Both the position numbers and the translations under genes were made by a program. From Phoronis australis (taxonomy: Eukaryota; Animalia; Phoronida), in NCBI GenBank assembly GCA_002633005.1, contig NMRA01000048.1, positions 1,225,206 through 1,289,205 on the forward strand: a stretch of DNA of 64,000 nt, written 5' to 3'. The notes below the pieces were generated by a model, which was not told the origin of the DNA, did no database searches, and saw nothing but the letters and a program-made list of their open reading frames with translations. How positions within the stretch are numbered: position 1 is the first letter of the stretch; the number at the start of each line of letters is the position of its first letter. Below are positions 52,748-64,000 of the stretch, piece by piece.

Positions 52748-53837
52748 CTAGACAAAACGTAAAAGAAACAATTTTTGTGTGTCAAAGCACGTCACTGAAT
52801 TTAAAAGTGAAATCTTACAAACGATTGCACACAGTGAAAACATGCTCATTTTCAAGTTTGTTGTTAAACGTTTTGTCAGGTTCTCTTGTCCGTGCCTGTT
52901 TGAATGTTTTGTCCTACGGCTAACTGAAAAACTATTCCGCACAGATCCGCACCAAAGTTTTAGGAGATGAAAGCGAAAGTACGTTACGGAAACCCATTCT
53001 TTTCTTCCTATGTTATGTTATTAATTATTACAGTGCATATTGTTCGGTACTTCGTATGCCACGAGACATCGTCAGGTACGCAGCGATCGTGCGACAAAAG
53101 AGGCACAGAGAGATCGATCAGGCACAGAATGTTTACATACACGTACACCGACAGGTCAACTTTCTATATCGAAGAAGAGTTTCCCGCTAATTGATTTCAG
53201 GGTACAGAAATTCAATACCCAATAAATTCCCAACGCTTGGAGGCATTGCAAAGCGGTTTCTAAACTGAGAATTCGCGAGTTTTCTTCAAGCATAAAACAA
53301 ATGACTTCACTATGTTTATACTCTTATTGAGTTTAACACGCCGATATCTCATTACGTGAAGAGTTACCTCAGTGGACAGATGAGCACCCACTTTGCCGTG
53401 GGAAAGATCGGGATCGACAGCCGGATTCCGGAAGCTGTTTTTGTCAGTATTCTTTACTGTATATCTTAAGTTATAAATTACATGACCAGATAAAGAACTT
53501 GGAATGGTGAAACACCCGAATCATGACGAATAAGTTCAAACGGTAGAGAGGTCGCTCCCCATGCGAGAGGTAACGGTATCGATACCGGTACTCAAACACT
53601 GCTCTTTTGCATAATTGATTAGACCTTCTGTTATAATTCCAGGTATCAGGTAAAGAATTTGAAATGGCCACTATCAACAATATACAGGTACGATGGGTGA
53701 ATTATTTGAAAAAGCAGAGCGATTGCTTTGCATAAGAGAGTTAGCGAACTCAATACCAGTGGGTGCTTAGAGGTAATTCTGCATTCGGTCATAATATTAA
53801 GAAATTGTGACTTGGTCATGGAGCTATCATTTAACGT

Positions 53838-53910
53838 GGAAAATTAGCTCAAATGGTAGAGCGCTCGCTTCGCATGCGAGGGATACCGGCATCGATAACC
53901 GGATTCTCCA
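53838..53910 (+). pseudogene. tRNA-Ala(CGC) probable pseudogene
   Basis: Full length, but with an A-C mismatch in the acceptor stem and C-A at the T-stem closing pair. Confidence 0.75.
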
Positions 53911-54148
53911 ACTTAATTTTGCAAAATTGTTTCGAACTTCCGTTGTAATTCCATGTATGGGATTAAAAATGGAACTGGACACTACGCAAGAATATCATAG
54001 AGAAAGAGCTAAAAATGTACAGCGCACCCATTGCATGTGAGCGCCAAAACCTGGATTATCCAATATGTCATTTGTGTTCGTTTCTCTACCTTGTGCAACG
54101 GATTAAGTCAAAAGATAAAGAACGTGCCACAGGAATATCACCTAACAC

Positions 54149-54222
54149 GGTAAATTACGCTCAAATGGCAGAGCGCTGGCTTGACATGTGAGAGGTACTG
54201 GGATCAAGGCCTGGATTCTCTA
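54149..54222 (+). pseudogene. Decayed tRNA-Ala copy
   Basis: GCTCAAATGGCAGAGCGCTGGCTTGACATGTGAGAGGTACTGGGATCAAGGCCTGGATTCTC aligns to the intact copies with many changes. Confidence 0.75.
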
Positions 54223-55313
54223 TATTAGATGATAAAGAAATAGGAAAAACACATAGGTCTTGGGAAATTAGACAAACGGAAGACCGCTCGCTTCGCTTGC
54301 GAGAGGTACTGTGATCGATACCCATATAACTTTTACATATTAACTGTAAAATAGAGAGGTAGTATGAGGGACGTACAAGGATGGATATTTAAATTCTACA
54401 AACTTTCTATCGCATAACTGATGTTAATTACCTGTAATAGAGTATAAGCAACTATTAATAGAGATCTCACTTAGCCAGCGAGATGTTCTGGTACCGCTAC
54501 CCAACTTCTCCAAACTGTTGTTCTCTAGCTTGTGTTAAAATTTCGTACACAGTTTGACATGTTTTGCAAATCACAACATGTCATTTTCCTATAAAAGCCT
54601 CGAAGAGTTCCAACCGTGGATTTTTGCACTTTTTGAGGGTTTAGACGTGTTATATAATTTTATAAAATAATAAATAACTATAAAGAAACACTTATTTTGG
54701 GAAATAATTAAGGAATTTTGAATTTTAAAGAAAAATTAAAGATTTTTTGGTTTCTACCACGCGATGTCATCAGTGGAGGGGATCAGTCCACGGCATATAT
54801 GCAATGGCGGACAATAGTGATTTTGTAAGTTACGAAGACTAATAGAGAGAGCTTGATGAGTATTATGAAGACAGGTATGGAGATGGGGGTGAACACTCGG
54901 GCTACAAACGGAACAGATGATAAGTTAGTCCTCGCCATATCAGCAGACTTTGCGTGTTTGAGGCCGTACGAACTCGAAGTCGGAGCCTACTCATTCTGCG
55001 GACACTCCTGACTTATGAGCTGATATTCCTGGGTGGCAATATATAACCTTTTATTGAATCACGAACCACTTTAGTGTCGAGTAATAAGAATATGTTTCTG
55101 ACTATCAAAAGCCCATTCTCAAATAGCGGCCACATCGATTTCATTTGTTCCAGGACCGACTGCAGGATTTCCCAATTAAATTCTGCACGTTTGCTTTAAT
55201 TTGACATCGCAACGAGCATGGTACTTAAATGGGAGAACGGTCAAGTTGTATGAGACATGTATGGGATAGTTGGATTCTCCAAAGGTTTTTGTAGGTTACA
55301 GTTTCCCACATAA

Positions 55314-55386
55314 GGGGAATTAGCTCAAGTGGTAGAGCGCTCGGTTTGCATGCGAGATGTACCGGGATCGAAACCCGGATTCTCCA
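55314..55386 (+). tRNA. tRNA-Ala(TGC), variant with a G-G mismatch in the anticodon stem
   Basis: 73-nt cloverleaf with A and B boxes; stem CTCGG/GCGAG. Confidence 0.7.
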
Positions 55387-55916
55387 GTTAGCTCTGTTAT
55401 GTTTTTGTTCCTTTAGTGGACACTGCAACAAGTAAGGGGCTGATTATGCGAGTACGGTCGACCTGAATGAGACATCTATCGGGATATGTATATTCTCTAA
55501 TCCTTTATTGCAGGTTATGATGTAGAATGAGCTCAGATGGTTGAACACCCATCTCGAATTCTCGCTTTGAGAAACAGTTAGTCAAATCACATGGTGTCAT
55601 TGAAAATACACGGCGATGTCTTGCATTCCACCGACACTCTCACGTTATTAAACTGACCCCGCGTAGCATGCGCAAGAGTTATCTTGATCAATACTCGTAC
55701 TTTCTGTCTTATTTTAATTTGGAAGATAAGAAGAGAAACATGAGGTGCTTTGTTGCTTAACAAAAGCAATTAGGACTAAAATAAAGGGATTTACTTTGCA
55801 TAAGAAAGGTACCAGGATCGATACCATAAACCTCCATTTTTTGTTTGTTGCAAAATTCTTTCGAATTTCTGTTAAAAATACTAATGTATGAGATAAAAAT
55901 TGACATGGCCGCTGTG

Positions 55917-56180
55917 TGTATTATGGCAATGAGCTCCAATCATGTATCACTATATGTATTATGGCAATGAGCTCCAATCATGTAACACTATATGTATTAT
56001 GGCAATGAGCTCCAATCATGTACCACTATATGTATTATGGCAATGAGCTCCAATCATGTATCACTATATGTATTAGCGTAATGAGCTCCAATCATGTACC
56101 ACTATTTGTATTATGGCAATGAGCCCCAATCATGTAACACTATATGAATCATGGCAATGAGCTCCATTCATGTAACACTC
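55917..56180 (+). repeat. 38-bp minisatellite (7 copies) derived from the 5' part of a tRNA-Ala relic
   Basis: TTATGGCAATGAGCTCCAATCATGTAACACTATATGTA units at 55921, 55959 ... 56149. Confidence 0.9.
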
Positions 56181-56479
56181 GCTTGGTATGGGAAATATAC
56201 AAGGTGACATTCTACAACATGTAGATGTTTTTCAACGGTTGATCACTATTTTAGCACTAGGAGCGCGTTTCGGAGAACACCAACCAGTAAAGACATTGTG
56301 ACCACTTGGTTTATAGTTTGCGATGTTTGGCTATAGCTTGCAAACATTTACATGATCTCGCAAATAATTTGCGAAACGGAACTCATCGGAATTAAATCGG
56401 TACTCAGTTTTTTCAAGTTTGATTTTGCATCTTTGTGATTTTACAATAAGTAATTTGGCACCGACGGGCTGCGTATTAT

Positions 56480-56552
56480 GGGGAATTAGCTCAAATGGTA
56501 GAGCGCTCGCTTTGCATGCGAGAGGTACTGGGATCGATGCCCAGATTCTCCA
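56480..56552 (+). tRNA. tRNA-Ala(TGC)
   Basis: Intact cloverleaf, CTCGC-TT-TGC-AT-GCGAG; T6 terminator just downstream. Confidence 0.95.
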
Positions 56553-57387
56553 ATGTTTTTTGATGCTGCATTTTTACATTATATTGTAAATTCCGCTACA
56601 ACATAAAGAATTCAAAATATTGAGCAAAAATATGAAACCTAAGCCTTTTATTCTTTGCTTGTGTTAATAGCAAAAACAACGCCTTAAAATTCTAGCGTTG
56701 CTATAATTTTTTGGATTTTCTGTTATAGTTACAGGTATGATTACAAAGATTCTGATGGAATTAGCACCGACGGGAGATCACTCGGTTTAGTTTAGAGGTA
56801 CCGGGACCGACTGCAGGATTTCCCAATTACATTCTGCACGTTTGCTTTAATTTGATATCGCAACGAGCAAATGGGAGAAGGGTCAAATTGTATGAGACAT
56901 GTATGGGACATTTGGATTCTCCAAAGGTTTTTGTAGGTTACAGTTTCCCTTGACATGGTATTAGCAGGTAACAGGTGGAATGATCTTAAACGGTAGAACA
57001 CCCACTCAGTATGCGGAAGAAGTATCGGGATCAATACCCGGATTTTCTGTTACATTTCACTTTGCAAGGGAAGCACGTGATGCCACTCTACGCAACATAC
57101 CAATATAGACCCAAAAAGTAGAGCGGTACTTTGATCATAAAAAGAAGTACTGGGATTCTCCAATGTTGGTTTTGTATAATTATTTCGAATTTCTGTTGAT
57201 ATTCATATTGTTTAAGGTGAGAAAATTGATTTGACCTTTATCGACAGCATTATAGCAGTTAGCTCAAATAATGTAGCACTAGTTTTACATACAAGTTATA
57301 AAAAAGTCGCTTCCTGGAAACCCCAATCTGTTTTTCTCTAGCTACGCCATAGGATAACGAATTTCATGTGGCGATTTTAGCTAAGAT

Positions 57388-57460
57388 GGGGAATTAGCTC
57401 AAATGGTAGAGCGCTCGCTTAGCATGCGAGAGGTACCGGGATTGATACCCGGATTCTCCA
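57388..57460 (+). tRNA. tRNA-Ala(AGC), with a C56-to-T change in the T loop
   Basis: Intact stems; T loop ATTGATA instead of ATCGATA may impair the B box. Confidence 0.8.
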
Positions 57461-58832
57461 GGTGTTTTACAGAATTGATCCACAATTGTATCTAAATGTA
57501 TAGCAAGACAGATTATTCCCCGGGCCCGATTTTTCACTCTGATTTTTGTATTCTTTTCTCTGACGTGTATTCGTAATTACGTCATCAATAAAATAAAAAT
57601 TTAACTTGGCACTTTTTTACTTAGGTTGGGCATTAACGAAAAGGTAGAACGCTCGCTCAGCTTGCGCCATCAAATAAGATAAAAACTGAACAGGGCGAAT
57701 TTAACTCAGGTGAAGAATTAACGGAAAGGGTAGAACAGGATCGTTATCAGCATTCTCCTAGGTGTGTTGTGCGTTTTTTCTGGCTGATGTTATCAATTAC
57801 GTCAGACGATAAAGAACATGGTACGGCTATGTTACCCAACAAGTTCATTTAAGTTCAACTCTTAAAGCTCTTGCATAACATGCCAGACTAAGTGCTAGGA
57901 CCAATCGCGAGGTTATCTAATTCTAGATTTGCGTTAATTGTTTGGAGTTTCTGCTAGCTTTGCATACGAGAAGTACCGGGGTCGATGCCCGCATTCTCTA
58001 GTTAGCTTTTGTATGATTTGTTCCGATATTGGACACTGCAACAAATAGTAGTGTGGTTGAGTGGCATGAGACATGTATGGGGATATGTAGATTATGCGGG
58101 TTATGATATAGAATGAGCTTACATGGTGAAACATCCAGCTGGTATTCTCCCTTTGAGAAACATTTAGCCAAAATCACATGCTCTCATTAAAATACACGGC
58201 GACATCTTGCTTTCCCAGCGAGACACTATCGTTATAGAAATTGACTCCGCTTAACATAAGCAAGAGATATCGGGATCAATATCCGGATTTACTGCCACGT
58301 TTTACTTTGGAAGAGAAACGTGAGGTGATTGGTTGCTTAACATAAGCAATTAGAACTAAAATAAAGAGGGTTGCTTTGCATAAGAACGGTACCAGGATCT
58401 ATACCTGGATCCTTCATTTTTTGTTTGTTGCATACTTCTTTCAAATTTCTGTTAAAACTACTAATGTATGAGATGAAAAATTGACATGGCCACTATACGT
58501 ATTATGGCAATGAGCTCCAATCATGTAACACTCGCTTTGCATGGGAAATATACAAGGTGACATTTCATAACATGTAGAGTTAGTTTAAATAGTTGACCGC
58601 TATTTTAGCATCAGGAGCGCGTTTCGGGGAACACTTACTAGTAAAGCTATTGTGACCACCAGGTTTATAGTTCCGATGTTTGGCTATAGCTTAGGAATAT
58701 TTACGTAATCTTGCAAATAATTTGCGAAACGGAACTCATCGGAATTAAACAGGTACTCAGTTTTTTCAAGTTTGATTTTGCATCATTGTGATTTTACTAT
58801 AAGCAATTTGGCACCGCCGTGATACGTATTAT

Positions 58833-58905
58833 GGGGAATTAGCTCAAATGGTAGAGCGCTTGCTTCGCATAAGAGAGGTACTGGGGTCGATGCCCAGATT
58901 CTCCA
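58833..58905 (+). pseudogene. tRNA-Ala(CGC) pseudogene
   Basis: Anticodon stem CTTGC/AAGAG has two mismatches. Confidence 0.8.
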
Positions 58906-59107
58906 ATGTATTTTGGTGCTGCATAATTACATTATATTGTAAATTCCGCTACAAGATAAAGAATCTAAAATATTGAACAAAAAATTAGAACCTAAGCCTT
59001 TTTTTTGCTTGTGTTAATAGCGAGAATTACCCCCTAAAATTCATGCATCGCTATATTTGTTTCGATTTTCTGTTAGAGTTCGAGGTATGATATAAAGATT
59101 TTGATGN

Positions 59108-59169
59108 TCAAGTGGTAGAGCGCTCGCTTTGCATGCGAGATGTACCGGGATCGATACCCGGATTCTCCA
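59108..59169 (+). tRNA. tRNA-Ala(TGC), 5' end cut off by the assembly N
   Basis: Remaining 62 nt are intact; same 3' flank as 55314-55386. Confidence 0.8.
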
Positions 59170-59806
59170 GTTAGCTCTGCTATGTTTTTGTTCCTTTAGT
59201 GGACACTGCAACAAGTAAGGGGCTGATTATGCGAGTACGGTCGACCTGAATGAGACATCTATCGGGATATGTATATTTTCTAATCCTTTATTGCAGGTGA
59301 TGATGTAGAATGACCTCAGATAAATGAACACCCACCTCGAATTCTCGGTTTGAGAAAAACTTAGTCAAAATCATATCGCCTCATTGAAAATACACGGCGA
59401 TATATTGCTTTCCACCAATCATGTATTACTATATGTATTTTGGCAATGAGCTCCAATCATGTACCACTATATGTATTATGGCAATGAGCTCCAATCATGT
59501 AACACTCGCTTTGTATGGGAAATATACAAAGTGACATTCTATAACATGTAGAGGTTTTTCAACGGTTGATCACTATTTTAGCACTAGGAGCGCGTTTCGG
59601 AGAACACCAACCAGTAAAGACATTGTGACCACTTGGTTTATAGTTTGCGATGTTTGGCTATAGCTTACGAACATTTACGTGATCTCGCAAATAATTTGCG
59701 AAACGGAACTCATCGGAATTAAATCGGTACTCAGTTTTTTCAAGTTTGATTTTGCATCATTGTGATTTTACCATAAGCAATTTGGCACTGCCGCGGTACG
59801 AACTAC

Positions 59807-59879
59807 GGGGAATTAGCTTAAATGGTAGAGCGATCGCTACGCATGCGAAAGGTACTGGGATCGATGCCCTGATTCTCCA
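59807..59879 (+). pseudogene. tRNA-Ala(CGC) probable pseudogene
   Basis: U33 changed to A, plus mismatches in the anticodon and T stems. Confidence 0.75.
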
Positions 59880-60691
59880 ATGTATGTTGATGCTGCATAA
59901 TTACATTATATTGTAAATTCCGCTACAAGATAAAGAAGTTAAAATATTGAGTAAAAAGATTAGAACCTAAGCCTTTTATTCTTTACTTGTGTTAAAAGCA
60001 AAAATTACGCCAGAAAATTCTTGCGTTGCTGCAATTTTTGTATTTTCTGTTATAATTCCAGGTATGATATAAAGATTTTGATGGAATTAACACCGACGAG
60101 AGAGCACTCGTTTTTGCTTTAGAGCTATTGGGACCGATTGCAGGATTTCTCAATTACATTCTGCACGTTTGCCTAAATTTGACATCGCAACGAGCATGGT
60201 GCTTAAATGGGAGAACGGTCAAGTTGTATGAGACATGTATGGGATATTTGGATTCTCTAAACCTCTGTAGTAGGTTACAGTTTCCCTTGACATGGTATTA
60301 GCAGGTAACACGTGGAATGATCTTAAACGGTAGAACACCCACTCAGTATTCGCAAGAAGTATCGGGATCAATACCCGGATTTTCTGTTACATTTCACTTT
60401 GCAAGGGCAGCACGTGATGCCACTGCACGTAACATAGCAATATAGACCTAAAAAGTAGAGCGTTACTTTCGTCATAAAAAGAAGTACTGCGATTCTCCAA
60501 TGTTGGTTTTGTATAATAATTTCGAATTTCTGTTGATATTCGTATTGTTTAAGGTGATAAAATTGATTTGACTTTTATCGACAGCATTATAGCAATTAGC
60601 TCAAATAATGTAGCACTAGTTTTACATACAAGTTATAAAAAAGTCGCCATAAATAAGATAACGAATTTCATGTGGCGATTTTGGCTAAGAT

Positions 60692-60764
60692 GGGGAATTA
60701 GCTCAAATGGTAGAGCGCTCGCTTAGCATGCGAGAGGTACCGGGATCGATACCCGGATTCTCCA
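60692..60764 (+). tRNA. tRNA-Ala(AGC)
   Basis: Intact cloverleaf followed by a T6 terminator. Confidence 0.96.
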
Positions 60765-62172
60765 ATTTTTTACAGAATTGATCCACAATTGTATCTAAAT
60801 GTATAGCAAAACAGATTATTCCCCGGGCCCGATTTTTCACTTTGATTTTTGTATTCTTTTCTCTGACGTGTGTTCGTAATTACGTCATCAATAAGATAAA
60901 AATTTAACGTGGCACTTTTTACTTAGGTTGGGCATTAACGAAAAGGTAGAACGCTCGCTCAGCTTGCGCCATCAAATAAGATAAAAACTTAACAGGGCGA
61001 ATTTAACTCAGGTGAAGAATTAACGGAAGGGGTAGAACAGGATCGTTATCAGCATTCTCCTAGGTGTGTTGTGCGTTTTTTCTGGCTGATGTTATCAATT
61101 ACGTCAGACGATAAAGAACATGGTACGGCTATGTTACCCAACAAGTTCATTTAAGTTCAACTCTTAAAGCTCTTGCATAACATGCCAGACTAAGTGCTAG
61201 GACCAATCGCGAGGTTATCTAATTCTAGATTTGCGTTAATTGTTTGGAGTTTCTGCTAGCTTTGCATACAAGAAGTACCGGGGTCGATGCCCGCATTCTC
61301 TAGTTAGCTTTTGTATAATTTGTTCCGATATTGGACACTGCAACAAATAGTAGTGTGGTCGAGTTGCATGAGACATGTATGGGGATATGTAGATTATGCG
61401 GGTTATGATATAGAATGAGCTCACATAGTGAAACATCCAACTAGTATTCTCCCTTTGAGAAACATTTAGCCAAAATCACATGCTCTCATTAAAATACACG
61501 GCGACATCTTGCTTTCCCAGCGAGACACTATCGTTATAGAAATTGACTCCGCTTAACATAAGCAAGAGATATCGGGATCAATATCCGGATTTACTGCCAC
61601 GTTTTACTTTGGAAGAGAAACGTGAGGTGCTTGGTTGCTTAACATAAGCAATTAGAACTAAAATAATGAGGGTTGCTTCGCATAAGAACGTTACCAGGAT
61701 CTATACCTGGATCCTTCATTTTTTGTTTGTTGCATAATTCTTTCGAATTTCTGTTAAAACTACTAATGTATGAGATGAAAAATTGACATGGCCACTATAC
61801 GTATTATTGCAATGAGCTCCAATCATGTATTACTATATGTATTTTGGCAATGAGCTCCAATCATGTAACACTCGCTTTGCATGGGAAATATACAAGGTGA
61901 CATTTCATAACATGTAGAGTTAGTTTAAATAGTTGACCGCTATTTTAGCACCAGGAGCGCGTTTCGGGGAACACCTACTAGTAAAGCCATTGTGACCACC
62001 AGGTTTATAGTTGCGATGTTTGGCTATAGCTTAGGAATATTTACGTAATCTTTCAAATAATTTGCGAAACGGAACTCATCGGAATTAAACAGGTACTCAG
62101 TTTTTTCAAGTTTGATTTTGCATCATTGTGATTTTACTATAAGCAATTTGGCACCTCTTTGATACGTATTAT

Positions 62173-62245
62173 GGGGAATTAGCTCAAATGGTAGAGCGCT
62201 TGCTTCGCATGCGAGAGGTACTGGGATCGATGCCCAGATTCTCCA
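62173..62245 (+). tRNA. tRNA-Ala(CGC)
   Basis: Intact cloverleaf with one U-G wobble in the anticodon stem; T5 downstream. Confidence 0.92.
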
Positions 62246-63091
62246 ATGTATTTTGGTGCTGCATAATTACATTATATTGTAAATTCCGCTACAAGATAAA
62301 GAATCTAAAATATTGAACAAAAAAATTAGAACCTAAGCCTTTTATTTTTTGCTTGTGTTAATAGCAAGAATTACGCCCTAAAATTCTTGCATCGCTATAT
62401 TTGTTTCGATTTTCTGTTAGAGTTCGAGGTATGATATAAAGATTTTGATGGAGTTTGCACCGACGGGAGAGTACTCGCTTTGCTTTAGAGGTACCTGGAC
62501 GGTTTGCAGGATTTCCCAATTTTCCTTCTGCATGTTTGCCTAAATTTCTTATCGCAACGAGCATCGTGCTTAAATGTGAGAACGGTCAACTTGCATGAGG
62601 CATGTATGGGATATTTGGATTCTCTAAAGCTCTGTAGTAGGTTACAGTTTCCCTTGACATGACATAAGCAGGTAACACGTGGAATGATCTTAAACGGTAG
62701 AACACCCAATCAGTATTCGCAAGAAGTATCGGGATCAATATCCGGAATTTCTGTTACATTTCACTTTGCAAGGGAAACGCGAGATGCCACTCTCCGTAAC
62801 ATACCAATATAGACCTAAAAAGTAGAGCGGTACTTTGGTCATAAAAAGAAGTACTGGGATTCTCCAATGTTGGTTTTGTATAATTATTTCGAATTTCTGT
62901 TGATATTCATATTGTTTAAGGTGAAAAAATTGATTTGACCTTTATCGACAGCATTATAGCAGTTAGCTCAAATAATGTAGCACTAGTTTTACATACAAGT
63001 TATAAAAAAGTCGCTTCCTGGAAACCCCAATCTGTTTTTCCCTAGCTACGCCATAGGATAACGAATTTCATGTGGCGATTTTAGCTACGAC

Positions 63092-63164
63092 GGGGAATTA
63101 GCTCAAATGGTAGAGCGCTCGCTTAGCATGCGAGAGGTACCGGGATCGATACCCGGATTCTCCA
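63092..63164 (+). tRNA. tRNA-Ala(AGC)
   Basis: Intact cloverleaf followed by a T5 terminator. Confidence 0.95.
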
Positions 63165-63247
63165 ACTTTTTACAGAATTGATCCACAATTTATCTAAATG
63201 TATAGCAAGACAGATTATTCCCCGGGCCAGATTTTTCACTCTGNGAT

Positions 63248-63320
63248 GGGGAATTAGCTCAAATGGTAGAGCGCTCGCTTAGCATGCGAGAGGTACCGGG
63301 ATCGATACCCGGATTCTCCA
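63248..63320 (+). tRNA. tRNA-Ala(AGC), possibly redundant across the N at 63244
   Basis: Intact; its 3' flank repeats that of 63092 and 60692. Confidence 0.85.
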
Positions 63321-64000
63321 ATTTTTTACAGAATTGATCCACAATTGTATCTAAATGTATAGCAAGACAGATTATTCCCCGGGCCCGATTTTTCACTCTG
63401 ATTTTTGTATTCTTTTCTCTGACGTGTGTTCGTAATTACGTCATCAACAAGATAAAATTTATCGTGGCACTTTTTACTTAGGTTGGGAATTAGCGAAAAG
63501 GTAGAACGTTCGCTCAGCTTGCGCCATCAAATAAGATAAAGACTCAACAGGGCGAATTTAACTCAGGTGAAGAGTTAACGGAAGTGGTATAACAAGATCG
63601 TTATCAGCATTCTCCTAGGTGTGTTGTGCGTTTTTTCTGGCTTATATTATCAATTACGTCAGACGATAAAGAACATGGTACGGCTATATTACCCAACAAG
63701 TTCATTTAAGTTCAACTCTTGAAGCTCTTGCATAACATGCCAGACTAAGTGCTAGGACCAAACGCGAGGTTATCTAATTCTAGATATGCGTTAATTGTTT
63801 GGAATTTCTGCTAGCTTTGCATGCGAGAAGTACCGGGGTTGATACTTGTATCAAGGAGTGTAGTAGTATAGGAGAGTTCACTTGTGAGTTCGCTGTTACC
63901 GCTACTACTAGCGCCGCCAAGTGGTGAACAAGCTACGGTCAACCAGGAAGCGCCAAAACCCGGCAATGGGGACGGACGCATTTTGCAGTGCGATAAAATG

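Larger units (their letters stand above)
53355..63850 (+). repeat. tRNA-Ala array: intact genes plus many decayed copies, ~2.36 kb higher-order repeat
   Basis: Homologous tRNA slots 56480/58833 and 59807/62173 are 2353 and 2366 bp apart; AGC genes at 60692/63092 are 2400 bp apart; spacers are full of tRNA-Ala-like fragments. Confidence 0.9.

Noticed and set aside
54520-55150. Non-tRNA insert within the array, possibly a transposon fragment
   Set aside because: No TIR, target-site duplication or coding similarity could be established by eye.
55325-62450. ~3.3 kb periodicity as the basic tRNA repeat unit
   Set aside because: It arises across the N at 59107, where 55325 onward is re-read, probably from another haplotype. 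The period within contigs is ~2.36 kb.
63092-63320. Two AGC tRNAs only 156 bp apart
   Set aside because: They are separated by the N at 63244 and share the same 3' flank; likely a redundant overlap.
56480-63320. A instead of T at position 54 (GGGATCGA) as an unusual tRNA feature
   Set aside because: This is normal for many eukaryotic cytosolic tRNA-Ala genes.

Overview
Eukaryotic (metazoan) genomic DNA from a draft assembly with single-N contig joins at 13697, 28947, 30791, 52146, 59107 and 63244. The repeat content and gene style suggest an invertebrate deuterostome, which is an inference. The window holds: (1) a complete 11-coding-exon organic anion transporter gene, SLCO5A1-like, on the + strand (6080-38452, 784 aa by manual splicing); (2) the last four exons of a convergent ADAMTS2/3/14-like gene on the - strand (TSP1 repeats, Thr-rich linker, PLAC); (3) a >10 kb tRNA-Ala array (AGC/TGC/CGC), probably inside an ADAMTS intron, in which intact genes sit among many decayed tRNA-Ala copies amplified as a ~2.36 kb higher-order unit; (4) several non-autonomous TA-target DNA transposons with CCGTA ends, one family carrying a decayed HIRAN-like ORF, plus a THAP remnant and minisatellites. 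The most striking features are SLCO splice sites that are themselves tandemly amplified (15 donor copies after exon 7, a 22-bp acceptor array before exon 9, a duplicated donor after exon 6), a possible intron-gain scar, the tRNA-relic higher-order repeat with an anticodon switch, the HIRAN-carrying transposon, and recurrent TA-to-TAGGCCTA insertions. Apparent exon duplications next to Ns are most likely uncollapsed haplotypes.
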